This document shows, piece by piece, positions 62,649 to 64,000 of a DNA stretch of 64,000 nucleotides (position 1 is its first letter; each line of letters opens with the position of its first letter). Made by a program: the position numbers and the translations under genes. Origin of the DNA: Tricharina praecox (Eukaryota); NCBI RefSeq assembly GCF_024521635.1, contig NW_026250415.1, positions 372,001 through 436,000 of the forward strand, read 5' to 3'. The notes below the pieces were generated by a model. The model worked only from the letters and a program-made list of their open reading frames with translations. It searched no databases and was not told the origin of the DNA.

Positions 62649-64000
62649 CGACAGCGTAAAGGCCCGAAAGCCAGGCTTGGCCAAAAGGCCCTCCTCAAAG
62701 GCCAGGCTAGCTCTACTCGGGTAGTACGATGAAGCGTCGAGAGGTGTAAAGGCAGGAACTCCCACGGGAGTCTTTACAGACTACGGAGGGATATGTAAGC
62801 ATTTCGTGGGACGCTTCAAGTTATGTTCAAGGGAATCGCTTCGCACCTGCGGAAGCGGATAAAGTGCGGCCACGATGAAAGCGGTTGAGAGTTGATGGAG
62901 GAATAGTAGGGAAACAGCTGTACGATGGTACAGTTGAGGTTGACAAGTTCCGACTCAGTTTGCTGGAGATTCTTTATTTTTTGTTATGGCGTGTGTTCGA
63001 TATGCAGGCTGTGAATTGCGGCAATGCTGGTAAGCTGAGATTTCTGTCTGACAGAGGGAAGGCAGGGCTACTTATTACTAGTCTTCCGTGGAGGCGGCTG
63101 AGGGAGTAGGTACGGGAGTTATGTGAAGGTGAAGGGGGGTGTGTGTGAGTGCGGTGTGTGTGAGTGTGTGTGAGTGTGGGTGGGGAGGGGGTAGTGTAAT
63201 AGATGCAAAGGCGGAGTTGTTGATCTTCTATAAGGCGGTCAAGACTTGTTCGGCTAGCAAGCAAAAGCGTAGTAGAGCAGGTAGGGTATGTGGGTAGCAC
63301 GCCGAAAGATCCACACTGGGGGGTGTGAGTTCTGTGTAAGGGTAGTAGTTCTGTGTCTAAAGCCGGGGTTGGGGTGGGGTGGTGATTAGACGGGTCTCCG
63401 GCTACACTAAGTACTCGGTCGTTGCACCGGGAGCTTGGGGGGGTGGAGGGGGGGGGGGACGGGAGCTGATTGCCTAGCACCTATAGATGGAGTGGGCCTC
63501 AAAAGAGGCGGCAGCGCAGAGGCGGCAGCACAGAGGAAGAGCAGGGCAGGGAGACAAGCAAGCAAGGTAGGCAGAGTAAAGCATGTCGAGTAGATGACCA
63601 GGGCTGGCTGGGGGTGGGTAGGCAAGTACCTGAGAGAACCGCGCTGTCGGGAGCGAGCGCGGTCTGGCCAAGCAGCGAGCAGTCAGTCAGGCCGATACCT
63701 ACCATTGCTTTGGCGACCTGCCAGAAACCAACTTGGCCGAAAGCGCAAGGGGACCGAGACGGAGATGCTGCAAGGGAGAGGAACGAGCGAGATGTCGAGC
63801 GCGGCAAGTGTCTGAAAAGAAGGACTTGCTCCGCGAAAAGAAAAGAAAAGAAAAGAAAGCAAAAAAAAAGAACACCGAACAGAATGGCAGTAGCCACAGC
63901 GGCAGTATCAGACCGAGTGGGCGTGCCGTTTAGGACCGGGTACCAGCTATTATTACTATCATCACCATCATCACCATTGTTGTTGTTTTTATTGTTGTTG

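Overview
Eukaryotic DNA from a filamentous ascomycete. Short GT-AG introns with CTRAC/CTRAT branch sites, abundant microsatellites and the gene content suggest Pezizomycotina, possibly Pezizomycetes (inference). The core is a run of intron-containing housekeeping genes: WDR44-like WD40 protein, ETF-alpha, MRPL6, cPLA2-like phospholipase, cyclin-like protein, ZPR1, HAM1/ITPA, FAP7, DPL1, COX12, COX11, EXO70, peroxisomal thiolase, THI80, MIA40, OM14-like protein, tRNA-Ser(CGA) and the developmental regulator medA. Three accessory patches interrupt it. (1) A ~4.2-kb island (14.2-18.4 kb) bounded by degenerate direct repeats carries a HeLo-like-N/ankyrin gene split by one in-frame TAG, plus a Tc1 transposase relic. 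(2) A pseudogenised multi-TM gene (38.5-40.5 kb) shares a ~100-bp palindrome-bearing element with that island. (3) A tRNA/pseudo-tRNA pair brackets a ~325-bp tandem duplication. Notable gene-structure oddities are a 2-nt micro-exon (OM14-like), an 11-nt micro-exon (FAP7) and a probable GUG-initiated N-terminal extension of MedA. Exon boundaries were read by eye and family assignments are from recognised motifs, not database searches.
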